Source of the DNA: an uncultured Acidobacteriota bacterium
GTDB taxonomy: Bacteria > Acidobacteriota > Vicinamibacteria > Vicinamibacterales > UBA8438
DNA length: 64,000 bases
Assembly (NCBI GenBank): GCA_913043225.1
Contig: CAJWLU010000009.1
Coordinates: 76,162-140,161, forward strand
Direction: 5' to 3'
Below are positions 1-9,159 of this stretch, piece by piece. A program made the position numbers and the translations under genes. The notes beneath the pieces were generated by a model. It was not told where the DNA came from. It did no database searches and saw only the letters and a list, made by a program, of their open reading frames with translations. Within the stretch, counting starts at the first letter, position 1. Every line of letters begins with the position of its first letter.

Positions 1-2
1 CC

Positions 3-650
3 TACACGGGCAACCGGTTCAACCCGGGCGCTGTGGGGCTCGGCGGTGATCACCTCAACTACTTGTTCTTCGACGAAGACCCCGGGGTGGCACCCCCCAA
101 TCTGATCGATCCGTCGAGCGAGGTGGACGCTGAGGCCATGCCGCCGCAGTGGGCGTGGTGGAACTTCGATATTCAGGACGTCCACGCAGGACGAGGCGAT
201 GTGATGCGAGCCATCACCGACGCTGTCGACCCTGATCTCACTGGGATGCTGGTGGAGAACGATGCGAAGCTGCTCATGTATCACGGTTGGGCCGACGCTC
301 TCGTGGTGCCACAGCCCACGCTGACCTACTACCACGACGTGGTGGACACGACGTTCGGGGGCGACATGGATGCGGCTCGTCAGAAGGTGCGCTTGTTCAT
401 GGCGCCTGGCATGGGGCACTGCCGTGGTGGGGCCGGTCCAGACACCTGGGATCGGCTGCAGCCGCTGGTCGACTGGGTCGAGCGGGGCGCGGCGCCGGAT
501 GCACTGATCGCGACGCATCAGACCGATGGCGTGGTGGACAACGAGCGACCACTTTGTGCGGTGCCCGAGCGGGCGGTCTATACAGGGCCAGTCGGCGGCG
601 AGAACGATCAGACAAATTGGGTAGCGGAGAACTTCACATGTCAGAGATGA
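3..650 (+). CDS. Tannase/feruloyl esterase family hydrolase, 5'-truncated at the window edge
   Basis: Frame is open from position 3. Motifs KLLMYHGWAD, RLFMAPGMGHCRGG, WVERG.AP and RPLC; paralog at 44269-45867. Confidence 0.85.
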   Translation, partial: YTGNRFNPGAVGLGGDHLNYLFFDEDPGVAPPNLIDPSSEVDAEAMPPQWAWWNFDIQDVHAGRGDVMRAITDAVDPDLTGMLVENDAKLLMYHGWADALVVPQPTLTYYHDVVDTTFGGDMDAARQKVRLFMAPGMGHCRGGAGPDTWDRLQPLVDWVERGAAPDALIATHQTDGVVDNERPLCAVPERAVYTGPVGGENDQTNWVAENFTCQR

Positions 651-2602
651 CGCGGCTAATCACGATTGCGGCGTTGGCGCTGGTCCTCGGGGCAGAGCTC
701 ACGACCGCCCAGCATCCGCCCCCGGGTGAGTGGCACGCGTTTGGCGCCGACACGGGTAACTCGAAGTACTCGCCGCTCGACCAGATTGACGCCACCAACT
801 TCACGGATCTTGAGATTGCCTGGCGTTGGGCGTCCATCTCGAAGGCGGTGGCAGACACCCGTTCGGAGATCAATGCCGGTCTCTTCAAGGCGACAGCGCT
901 GATGGCCGATGGGCTGGTGTACATTGCCACGGCCCTGAGCCAAGTAGCTGCGCTTGATCCCGGCACCGGGGCGTTGGTCTGGTACTACGATCCTAAGACT
1001 TACGACCAGCTCGACCGGCCGGCCAACATCGGATGGCAGCACCGCGGTGTGTCGTTCTGGCGGGACGGCGATACCGATGACACACGCATCTTCATCGCCA
1101 CTCACGACCTGCGGCTGCACGGCCTCGACGCCAGAACTGGGGAGCTTGAAGCTGGGTTTGGAGATGGTGGCATCGTCGATCTCAGCACCACCCTCGGCCG
1201 AGAGATTGACCGCTCACGGATCACGCACTCGTCGCCGGTGGCGGTGGTGCGCGACACGCTCGTCGTGGGCAGCTCGTTGACTGACCAGACCACGACCCGC
1301 GAAGCGCCACCTGGACACGTGCGCGGGTTCGATGCGCATACAGGCGCGATGAAGTGGATCTTTCACACTATTCCGCAGGGTGACGAGTTCGGCGTGGATA
1401 GCTGGGGCAATGAAAGTTGGCGCTACAGCGGGCACACGAACGTGTGGGGCAACATGGCGGGCGACGACGAACTAGGCATCGTGTACCTGCCGATTAGCAC
1501 GCCGACCAACGACTGGTATGGCGGGATGCGGCCGGGCGACAACCTGTTTGCCGAGAGCGTGGTGGCGGTCGATGTCGAGACCGGCCAGCGGCTCTGGCAC
1601 TTCCAGGCGGTGCATCACGGATTGTGGGACTACGACTTCCCGACCGCTGGGAACATGCTCGACATCACGGTGGACGGTCGCGACATCCGTGCCTATGCCC
1701 AGGCGAGTAAGCAGGCGTTCACCTATGTCTTCGACGCTGCTACCGGCGAGCCGGTGTGGCCGATCGAGGAGCGGCCGGTGCTGGCGGGCGATGTGCCCGG
1801 CGAGTGGTACTCGCCGACGCAACCGTTCCCCACCAAGCCGGCTCCTTTCGACCTGCAGGGCATCACCGTTGATGACCTGATTGACTTCACGCCTGAGCTA
1901 CGCGCCGAGGCGATCGAGATTGCCGACCGCGCGGTTCTCGGTCCCATCTTCCTGCCACCCACGGTGCGCGGGCAGCCGAAGCCGATCATCCAGTCGCCAG
2001 GACCGGGCGGCGGCGTGAACTGGCCTGGTACCGCCGTTGATCCAGAGACCGGCACCATGTTCATCCCGTCGCAGACACGTTTGCGCGCTCTCGAGGTCGT
2101 GGAGTACGAGCCGCCGGCCACGGTCGGCTACTTTACTGACCCGTGGGCCGTGCCGGTGCCGGGGCCGAGAGGCTTGCCGTTGGTCAAGCCGCCTTACAAG
2201 CGGATTACTGCGATCGACATGAACTCGGGCGACCACGCTTGGATGAGCCCGCACGGCGACGGACCGCGCAATCACCCGGCGCTGCGCGATCTGAATCTGC
2301 CGGCGCTCGGCGGCCATAGTGGTATCCATGGCGGCGGCCCGTTGGCCACCAAGACGCTGCTCATCGTGAATTCTGGCGCCCGCTACGTCGAAGACATGGC
2401 CGAGTCAGCCCGGGCGCTCACCGCGTACCACAAGCGGACCGGCGAGTATCTCGGCTCGGTGATGCTGCCGGCCGTACCGTCGGGTAACGCGATGACCTAT
2501 CTGTGGGAAGGGACGCAGTATGTCGTGGTCGCTGTGGGCGGCGGCGGCGGCGCGGCGGCGCCTGAACTGATTGCGCTGGCGTTGCCGACCTCTGAATCTT
2601 GA
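647..2602 (+). CDS. Secreted PQQ-dependent glucose/quinate-type dehydrogenase
   Basis: ATG 647 overlaps the upstream TGA (ATGA) and starts a signal peptide. Motifs YSPLDQID, RGVSFW, GHVRGFD, HHGLWDYD, PTQPFP. Confidence 0.85.
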   Translation: MTRLITIAALALVLGAELTTAQHPPPGEWHAFGADTGNSKYSPLDQIDATNFTDLEIAWRWASISKAVADTRSEINAGLFKATALMADGLVYIATALSQVAALDPGTGALVWYYDPKTYDQLDRPANIGWQHRGVSFWRDGDTDDTRIFIATHDLRLHGLDARTGELEAGFGDGGIVDLSTTLGREIDRSRITHSSPVAVVRDTLVVGSSLTDQTTTREAPPGHVRGFDAHTGAMKWIFHTIPQGDEFGVDSWGNESWRYSGHTNVWGNMAGDDELGIVYLPISTPTNDWYGGMRPGDNLFAESVVAVDVETGQRLWHFQAVHHGLWDYDFPTAGNMLDITVDGRDIRAYAQASKQAFTYVFDAATGEPVWPIEERPVLAGDVPGEWYSPTQPFPTKPAPFDLQGITVDDLIDFTPELRAEAIEIADRAVLGPIFLPPTVRGQPKPIIQSPGPGGGVNWPGTAVDPETGTMFIPSQTRLRALEVVEYEPPATVGYFTDPWAVPVPGPRGLPLVKPPYKRITAIDMNSGDHAWMSPHGDGPRNHPALRDLNLPALGGHSGIHGGGPLATKTLLIVNSGARYVEDMAESARALTAYHKRTGEYLGSVMLPAVPSGNAMTYLWEGTQYVVVAVGGGGGAAAPELIALALPTSES

Positions 2603-2677
2603 CCCCGCTTGACCCGGCTGCCATCCTTGGCGGGTTCTGGACCGTACGAAAGGCGCGACAACATCTAAGGAGACGGA

Positions 2678-3607
2678 ATGAAATCGTGGTGGATATCCCT
2701 AGGGTTGCTGATCGTTAGCGCGACCAGCGTCGGGGCGCAGGAAGCGCGGTCGATTCTGTTCATTGGCAACAGCTTCACTTACGGGCACGGGTCGGCCGTG
2801 CGTTACTGGCGGCCGGATACGGTCACTGACCTGAACCGAGAGGGTGTCGGCGGCGTGCCGGCTCTGTTTAAGGCGTTCACCACACAGGTGGGCGTGCCCT
2901 ATGACGTTTACCTCGAGACACGCGGTGGCTCGTCCATCGACTTTCACCTGCAGGAGAAGCGGGCCGAGATCACTCGGCAGCCCTGGGACGTGGTCGTAGC
3001 CCACGGATTCAGCACACTCGATCCTCAGAATCCGGGTGACCCGACGGCGTTGCTGCGGTCGGGCCGGAACATGGCTGAGTTGCTCGTGGCTAGAAACCCT
3101 GATGTTGACTTCTATGTCACCGCCACGTGGTCTCGTCCCGATCTGACTTACCAGGACGGCTCGCCCTGGTCCGGAAAATCGATCGATACGATGGGTATCG
3201 ATGTGAATGCGGCCTACAGCCGGCTGGCGGCCGAGGTCGACGGCGTGAAGGGGGTGAACCCGGTGGGCCTGGCGTTCAACCGGGCGATGAGCGCCGGGGT
3301 GGCCGACCCGAATCCCTACGACGGGATCGCCGTTGACCAGGTCGACCTCTATACTTTCGACCACTACCACGCGAGCTCGTTCGGCTACTACCTTGAAGCA
3401 CTCGTCGTGTTTGGCAACGTGACCGGCGTCGACCCGCTGGTACTGGGAAGTAGCGAGTGTTCAGGGTTCGAGCTGGGGATGTCCGGCGCGCAGGCTGAAG
3501 CGCTGCAGCAGGTAGCCCACGACGAGCTCGTGGCGGCTGGTGTGGTGCTGAAGAAGCCTGCCGGATTGACGATGCCCGCCCGCGCGTCGAGCTGCGCTAC
3601 CCCGTAA
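2678..3607 (+). CDS. Secreted SGNH/GDSL-like hydrolase (DUF4886-like)
   Basis: RBS AAGGAG, signal peptide, ILFIGNSFT block and DHYH catalytic block. Confidence 0.7.
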   Translation: MKSWWISLGLLIVSATSVGAQEARSILFIGNSFTYGHGSAVRYWRPDTVTDLNREGVGGVPALFKAFTTQVGVPYDVYLETRGGSSIDFHLQEKRAEITRQPWDVVVAHGFSTLDPQNPGDPTALLRSGRNMAELLVARNPDVDFYVTATWSRPDLTYQDGSPWSGKSIDTMGIDVNAAYSRLAAEVDGVKGVNPVGLAFNRAMSAGVADPNPYDGIAVDQVDLYTFDHYHASSFGYYLEALVVFGNVTGVDPLVLGSSECSGFELGMSGAQAEALQQVAHDELVAAGVVLKKPAGLTMPARASSCATP

Positions 3608-3613
3608 CCGATC

Positions 3614-3642
3614 GGGTGCCCGTGCCTTTGGTGCGGGCACCC
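3614..3642. terminator. GC-rich hairpin between convergent genes
   Basis: GGGTGCCCG...CGGGCACCC perfect 9-bp stem, extended by G-T pairs; no clear U tract. Confidence 0.5.
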
Positions 3643-3729
3643 TGTCTGCCAGCTGGCTAAGCCCGTTGTCGACGACCACCAGCCTGAGCGACGCGTGTTC
3701 CCGCGGCATGACGGACCATTGCCGGCCGG

Positions 3730-6291
3730 CTACAGCGCGCTAAGCGCTTCTCGCTGGCGGGTCAGCCGCGATTCGCGTTCACGGGCGAACTTCGCCACAC
3801 CCTCGAAGATCGAGTTTTGGTCGAGGCGCGACTCGGTGATGACTTCCGGTTCAAGACCGCCGCTGCGCCAGCGGTCGTCGAAGTCGGCATACATCGAGTA
3901 TTCCTCGGTGAGTGGGCCGAGGTTGGGGATGGGGGGCACCCGCTTGGTCATCGTGCTGATAACCATGCAGTCGTAGCGGGCGGTCTCTGGCAGGATGGAC
4001 TGCCGATACGCCTCGGATTGGAAGCCGAAGAGCTCGGTGCTGATCACGGCCGCGATCCGCACATTGATGCCGGCCTCCTCGAGACGCGGAATCACGCCGA
4101 CCAGATTGGACGACGAACTCGAACCCTGCACGAAGATGGTGCCCATCTGTGGAGCGTCCGGGGCGTAATCCCGGATCAGATACACCCCCTTGGCGGCGGC
4201 CTTCACATCGGTGTCAGCGAACGTCGAGCGGTCGGCGACGTGGAAGTCGGGCCGTGCCACGTGGATGACGATGATGCCGAGCTCCTTGATTTCGAGTGCC
4301 TTCTGCACCGCCGCGAAGTAGCCTGGCGCCACGTCGTTGTAGTCCCAGAAGTACAGGTTCACCACCTGGTTGCGTGGCAGGAGCGTCCAGGTCTGCGGTG
4401 CGAAGATGCCGAAGTGGGTGCGGGCGTCGGCGGCGGTCTCCGGACCGGAATGTCCGGCGAGCACGTGGAGCACCCCCAATTCGAACGGACTGTCCTGGTT
4501 CATCTGCGAGAACACCCGGGCCGGGGTGTACATCAGCGGCGTGAAGGCGCCGTAGGTGCCGGAGATGCCCCAGACCCCGGCGAAGTTTGACGGGTCGGTC
4601 GACGCGTTCTGGCTGACCATCCCGATGATGGTCGAGGCGTTGCCCGCCTCCTGGATGGCTGCCTTTAAGCGGGTGCCGAGCGGGTTCTCCACCGGATCGT
4701 AGTGGCCCAGCAGGTTGGCCTTCTCGATGTTGATCGAGTTTGAGAGGTCGGCCGCCATCGTCAGGAACCGGCCATCGGTCACGTAGTTCAGCCAGGCGCC
4801 GATCTCGCTTACGGCCCGGCGCGGGCCCTTCTGCTGACCCGGCTCGGCAAAGAGCGATATCTGTCGTTCGACCATGGCGCCGCTCCGGGCGTTGGTGACC
4901 ACCACGTCCTGCGGCGCGGTCGGCAGCTGCTCTACTTTCAGTCGATCGTCGAGGAATGGGTTGGTGGTGGCGTCAATCCGGAGCGTCGGAGTTCGAGCCA
5001 CCGAGCCGGCGATGTTGACCACGCGCTCGGCTATCCAGGCGCCGAGGCCGTCGCGCGAATCGAGCACCGACATTAACCGGTCGACGTTGGTCTTGAACTG
5101 CACCAATCGGTCGGCGTAGGTTGCAGGCTCGCCGTCACGGATGCCGTCGAACTCGATGCCGTACGTGCGTTCGAACGACTCGGCTAACGTGACGAAGTAC
5201 GGGTCATTTAGCTTGAAGCCGTAAGGGTGCGACGGGTAGCCGATGATCTGTTCCGTGTCGCCGATCTTTCCGTTGCGCCCGGCTGGCCACCAACCCTTGG
5301 TGGTTGAGCCCACCAGTGCCATAGGTCGACGGTCATCGGCTGGCCATTCCTCCATCACCCTGTAGGCCGCCATCACCTGGTCGAAGTCGTTACCGTCTTC
5401 GATGGTGAACACGTTCCAGCCGTAGGACACCCACTGCTGGACTAGGTCGTAGTCGCTGTAGCTCGGTTTTACCACTCCGCCGATCAGGCTGTCGTCGATG
5501 CCCGCGTTGTTGTTTGAGATGAGCACCCGGAGCCGCTTGCCGACCTGCTGCGAGAGGGCGATGCTCTTGAGTTCCTGGGCGTGGCCCTCGGTCAGCGCGA
5601 ACTCGCCTTCGAGCGCCACCACCTTCATCTCGGGCGGTCCGCCGATGTAGTCCCAGAAGAGCGCCTTGCCGGCCGCGGTTGTGATGCCGATGCCGGAGGG
5701 CCCGCCATTGACGTCGTTGGTGACATCGATCGACTCGGCGTGGCCAGACAGGGCACGGATGCCGCGGCCCCGCGCCTCGGCAAACAGCGGATGGTCGCTG
5801 AGACCGTTGTCAGCGAGCAACGTTTCGAGCGCGCCCGAACCGCGCCGGAACCCCAGCGCGTCGACCGGCAGCATGGCAACGTCTGGCGCGCAGGCGAAGC
5901 GGTCCTCTCCGGTCGCTTCGTGCTGACGGCGCAGCGCCTCGTAGAGCACCATCCAGAGCGCGTAACAGGTCGGGATGCAGTGGCCGCCGGCCAGCATGAA
6001 CTTGTCGGTGCAGGGTAGCTTGGGCTGGCGGAGGTCGTAGCGCAGCCCGCCATACTCGGGTCCACCCAGATGGCACGCTACGTTGTAGGGCGTGTAGGCC
6101 AGCGGTCCGCCGAAATGACCGGTCTGGGCGTAGTTGCCCATGAGGCAGAGCTGCATCGCGGTCAGGAACGCGACGTCGTCATAGCGTTGCCGTTCGTAGT
6201 CGGGAAGCTCGATGGCATGCGGGTGAGCTTCGCTTGCCGCCGTCACCGTGTGGAGTGTGATCGTCTGACCTGCCGGAGCGTCTGTTGTCAT
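3730..6291 (-). CDS. Transketolase-like ThDP enzyme (853 aa, atypical)
   Basis: GHFGGPL, AGGHC, LSGHAE, GGPSGIG, variant ThDP motif EGEFALTEG...NNN, MAADLS, HSG...D.RTH. Confidence 0.75.
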   Translation of the reverse strand: MTTDAPAGQTITLHTVTAASEAHPHAIELPDYERQRYDDVAFLTAMQLCLMGNYAQTGHFGGPLAYTPYNVACHLGGPEYGGLRYDLRQPKLPCTDKFMLAGGHCIPTCYALWMVLYEALRRQHEATGEDRFACAPDVAMLPVDALGFRRGSGALETLLADNGLSDHPLFAEARGRGIRALSGHAESIDVTNDVNGGPSGIGITTAAGKALFWDYIGGPPEMKVVALEGEFALTEGHAQELKSIALSQQVGKRLRVLISNNNAGIDDSLIGGVVKPSYSDYDLVQQWVSYGWNVFTIEDGNDFDQVMAAYRVMEEWPADDRRPMALVGSTTKGWWPAGRNGKIGDTEQIIGYPSHPYGFKLNDPYFVTLAESFERTYGIEFDGIRDGEPATYADRLVQFKTNVDRLMSVLDSRDGLGAWIAERVVNIAGSVARTPTLRIDATTNPFLDDRLKVEQLPTAPQDVVVTNARSGAMVERQISLFAEPGQQKGPRRAVSEIGAWLNYVTDGRFLTMAADLSNSINIEKANLLGHYDPVENPLGTRLKAAIQEAGNASTIIGMVSQNASTDPSNFAGVWGISGTYGAFTPLMYTPARVFSQMNQDSPFELGVLHVLAGHSGPETAADARTHFGIFAPQTWTLLPRNQVVNLYFWDYNDVAPGYFAAVQKALEIKELGIIVIHVARPDFHVADRSTFADTDVKAAAKGVYLIRDYAPDAPQMGTIFVQGSSSSSNLVGVIPRLEEAGINVRIAAVISTELFGFQSEAYRQSILPETARYDCMVISTMTKRVPPIPNLGPLTEEYSMYADFDDRWRSGGLEPEVITESRLDQNSIFEGVAKFARERESRLTRQREALSAL

Positions 6292-6396
6292 CGTGAGTCT
6301 GGACCTCGCCTCAGCGGGATACTACACTTCGCCGGGAGCGGTGTCAGTCATCACGACCCACCGCAGGGAAGCCCCAGCAAACCAACTGAGGATGTC

Positions 6397-7542
6397 ATGA
6401 GGATCAAGTCACTGCTTATCGCTGCCGCCGTCCTAGCCGTTATGGCCGGCGTCGCGGCTCCTGATGCCGCGGCGCAGTTCCGTGCGGCCGAGTTCGAATA
6501 CGGGGAGCGGTTCGACCTGCCGGAGGGTGAGGCGGCCGAGATCTGGAACCCTGCGATGAAGAAGCTCATCGAGGGTGGCCCGATGGTGGGCGGTACCGTT
6601 CGCGCCACCGACCCGCGCACCTACTGCGCGATGGCCGCGGCCGGTTACGACTTCATCTGGGTGGAGATGCAGCACGAAGCCATCGACTGGGAGCAGGTGG
6701 CCCGGATGTGGCGCACATGCCCCGGACCGGCGGCGCCTGGTGTCCGCGTGGCCTACGCCGATGAGCGTGAGATTCAGCACGCTACAGACATGGGCGCGGC
6801 CGTGATCGTGGTGCCGACGGTAGACTCGGTCGAAGAGGCGCAGGAAGCGGTCAACTGGACCTACTTCCCGCCGATGGGGCGCCGGAGCGCCGGCGGCGGC
6901 CAGGGGCCGAGCAGCCTCTGGAATGACGTGCCTGGTGGCTACCGCCAAACCTGGAACGACAACGTCGTGCTGATCCTGATGATCGAGACTCTGGAAGGGG
7001 TCGAGGCGGCGCGCGAGATCGCCAAGATCCCGGGTGTCGACGGGCTGTTCGCCGCGAGCGGCGACCTGGGTAACTTCTCCGGCTACGGCGAGGGCGATGC
7101 CGAGTACGACGCCATCATCACCGAGGTGGCCGAGGCGGCGCTCGAGGCCGGGATTCACGCCTGCGCGCCGCTTCGCTGGGCGGACCGGCCGCACTACACC
7201 TGCTTCCAGGCAGGTACTGAAGGCGCCAACATCCGTCGCGGTGCCGCGGCCGAGTTAGCCCAGGCCAACGACCGGTTCGGGAACAGCGGCGCCGGCGGCA
7301 CCGAGCCTACCGGTTCCGGCACGGTGGCTCTGCTGGCCAACCTGACCGCCGACTGCGGATCGATCACCTATGAGGCGGATTGCAACGCGTCGTTCGAGGC
7401 CGCGGCCACTGCGGCAGCCGGCATGAGTGCCGATGAGCAGGAGCGGGTGGTTCGCCGGTTGCGCCAGGTGCTTGGCGCCAACCCGAACCACGCCGACCGG
7501 CTGCGCGGCATCGCCCAGCGAGCCGGTCTGTCGCTCGACTAG
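6397..7542 (+). CDS. HpcH/HpaI aldolase-family protein with signal peptide
   Basis: GYDFIWVEMQH, VPTVDSVEEA, FPPMGRRS, LMIET..GV, GVDGLF..GDL. ATG 6397 follows GAGG and starts a signal peptide. Confidence 0.8.
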   Translation: MRIKSLLIAAAVLAVMAGVAAPDAAAQFRAAEFEYGERFDLPEGEAAEIWNPAMKKLIEGGPMVGGTVRATDPRTYCAMAAAGYDFIWVEMQHEAIDWEQVARMWRTCPGPAAPGVRVAYADEREIQHATDMGAAVIVVPTVDSVEEAQEAVNWTYFPPMGRRSAGGGQGPSSLWNDVPGGYRQTWNDNVVLILMIETLEGVEAAREIAKIPGVDGLFAASGDLGNFSGYGEGDAEYDAIITEVAEAALEAGIHACAPLRWADRPHYTCFQAGTEGANIRRGAAAELAQANDRFGNSGAGGTEPTGSGTVALLANLTADCGSITYEADCNASFEAAATAAAGMSADEQERVVRRLRQVLGANPNHADRLRGIAQRAGLSLD

Positions 7543-7566
7543 CGACATCCCCCGCTGTCGTTTGCA

Positions 7567-7600
7567 CGGGAGGACGGGGCACAGACACCTCGTCCTCCCG
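7567..7600. terminator. Hairpin between convergent genes
   Basis: CGGGAGGACG...CGTCCTCCCG perfect 10-bp stem. Confidence 0.5.
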
Positions 7601-7723
7601 CACCACATGTCATCCGCCCGGGCCGTAGTCCGCCCTCCTGCATGATCAGGATTGGGATCATCGCACCGGCGAGAACGGATAACGTCAGCAGGCGCACAAA
7701 TCTGAGTTTTAGCGGCTGGAGCG

Positions 7724-8251
7724 CTACGCCCGACTGAGGTGCCGCTCGGCGAACTGCTGTACGACCTGCCGCCGCCAGAGCTGCTTGTCAACGTGTGGGC
7801 GGACGGTTTCCAGATGCGCCTGGGCCTGTTCCGGGGTTAGGCCGCGATGGGCGACCAGCCAGCACAGGGCGACGGTGGCGCTGCGTCCGCGTCCCGCTTT
7901 GCAGTGGATATAGACGGTACGCTCCTGCCGCCGGTGCGTCTCGACGAACGTCACCGCGCGTTCGATGTCTTCGAGGCAAGGTGAGGTGAAGTCGAGGGTG
8001 GGCGTCCGCAGCTGTTCGATGCGGTGCCGCTCATAGCCGGTGACGGGACCGCCATATTCGATACAGGTGTTGACCACTGCCCGTACGCCCGCTTGTGCCA
8101 TGTCGTCGACTAGCCACGGGAGCGGCAGCGCGCCGAGCAACACATGCTCGTCGATGGCGTCCCACCAGCGCCGTTCGGTAAACAGACGCTCCATTAGCAG
8201 GTTGTACACGAGGGTCGGGACGAAGAGGGCTCGGATCAGTAACTGTTTCAC
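7724..8251 (-). CDS. Dual-specificity phosphatase, PTPMT1-like
   Basis: VYIHCKAGRGRSAT P-loop, LLGALP, PTLDF, N-terminal LFVPTLVYN helix. Confidence 0.8.
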   Translation of the reverse strand: MKQLLIRALFVPTLVYNLLMERLFTERRWWDAIDEHVLLGALPLPWLVDDMAQAGVRAVVNTCIEYGGPVTGYERHRIEQLRTPTLDFTSPCLEDIERAVTFVETHRRQERTVYIHCKAGRGRSATVALCWLVAHRGLTPEQAQAHLETVRPHVDKQLWRRQVVQQFAERHLSRA

Positions 8252-8333
8252 CGAGCGGGAGCATGCCGTGCGGGCCGGCGCGGGTCAAGCAAGCACGGAC
8301 GGTCCCGCTTGTGCTCTGTCGTATCCTTCATCC

Positions 8334-9014
8334 GTGCCTGCCTTCGATTGCACTGTTTGCGGTGCTAGGTTCACCGTGCCTCAGGCCGCGCTGGACAAGT
8401 ACGCGGGCTGGGAGCCCAGGTACTGCCGGGAACACTCGCCGCAGCGTGCGCGCGCGCTGGACAAGCCGAATACGCCGGCCCAATCAGTCGCCAAGAGTCG
8501 AGGGAGCGTGGGACGTGGCCGGTCGCTACGTGAGGCAAACCTCACCACCAACGAGGTCCTCGACAAGTTCACCGATGGGCCCGAGACCGGCGTGTTCACC
8601 GATGGTGGGTCGGCTCCGAACCCCGGGCCTGGGGGTTGGGGGGTGGTCTGGGTCAAAGATGGCGAGATTCAGGCCGAACGTTACGGGCATGACCCAGATA
8701 CGACCAATAACCGGATGGAACTCATGGCGCTGACCGAGGCCTTCAAACTCCTGCCAGAGGATGCCGAGGTCGAGGTCTTCTCCGACAGCCGCCTCTGTGT
8801 GCAGACCATTACCGAATGGGCGCCCGGGTGGGAACGCCGGGGCTGGAAGAAGAAGTCTGGGCCGATCAAGAATCTGGAACTAGTACAGCAACTGCTCCGA
8901 CTCTACCGCGCTCATCCACGGTGCACGCTGAAATGGACGGCCGCCCATTCGGGCACGCGCTGGAACGAATACGCTGACAGTCTGTCTACCGCCTGGATGC
9001 GCGACAAGAAATAG
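8334..9014 (+). CDS. rnhA: Ribonuclease HI with N-terminal Zn-ribbon-like domain
   Basis: FTDGG..PNPGPGGWG, TTNNRMEL, SDS, HSG..WNEYAD. N-terminal CTVC...CREH. Start set at GTG 8334. Confidence 0.85.
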   Translation: MPAFDCTVCGARFTVPQAALDKYAGWEPRYCREHSPQRARALDKPNTPAQSVAKSRGSVGRGRSLREANLTTNEVLDKFTDGPETGVFTDGGSAPNPGPGGWGVVWVKDGEIQAERYGHDPDTTNNRMELMALTEAFKLLPEDAEVEVFSDSRLCVQTITEWAPGWERRGWKKKSGPIKNLELVQQLLRLYRAHPRCTLKWTAAHSGTRWNEYADSLSTAWMRDKK

Positions 9015-9079
9015 AGCGCTTATCCCGGCTGCTTGATCGTAACTAGCTGAGAACGCAGTGGGTTACAATCAATCTCCGC

Positions 9080-9140
9080 TTGACTTGTGACGGACTGGTG
9101 ACTAGTCTGGCACTGATTACTAGTACACCTGTGGACTAGC
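9080..9140 (+). promoter_or_regulatory. Sigma70-type promoter overlapped by three ~13-bp operator-like boxes
   Basis: TTGACT(9080)-17 bp-TAGTCT(9103). Boxes ACTGGTGACTAGT 9094, ACTGATTACTAGT 9112, CCTGTGGACTAGC 9128. Confidence 0.6.
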
Positions 9141-9159
9141 GCAAGAGACACGGCCCCGA

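Noticed and set aside
287..646. Upstream ORF extensions (287, 6070, 8040, 21731, 45749 and others)
   Set aside because: They overlap neighbouring genes; downstream starts have an RBS, translational coupling or signal peptides
9094..9140. Short repeats as a CRISPR array
   Set aside because: 13-bp units with 3-5 bp gaps and no cas genes; better explained as operators
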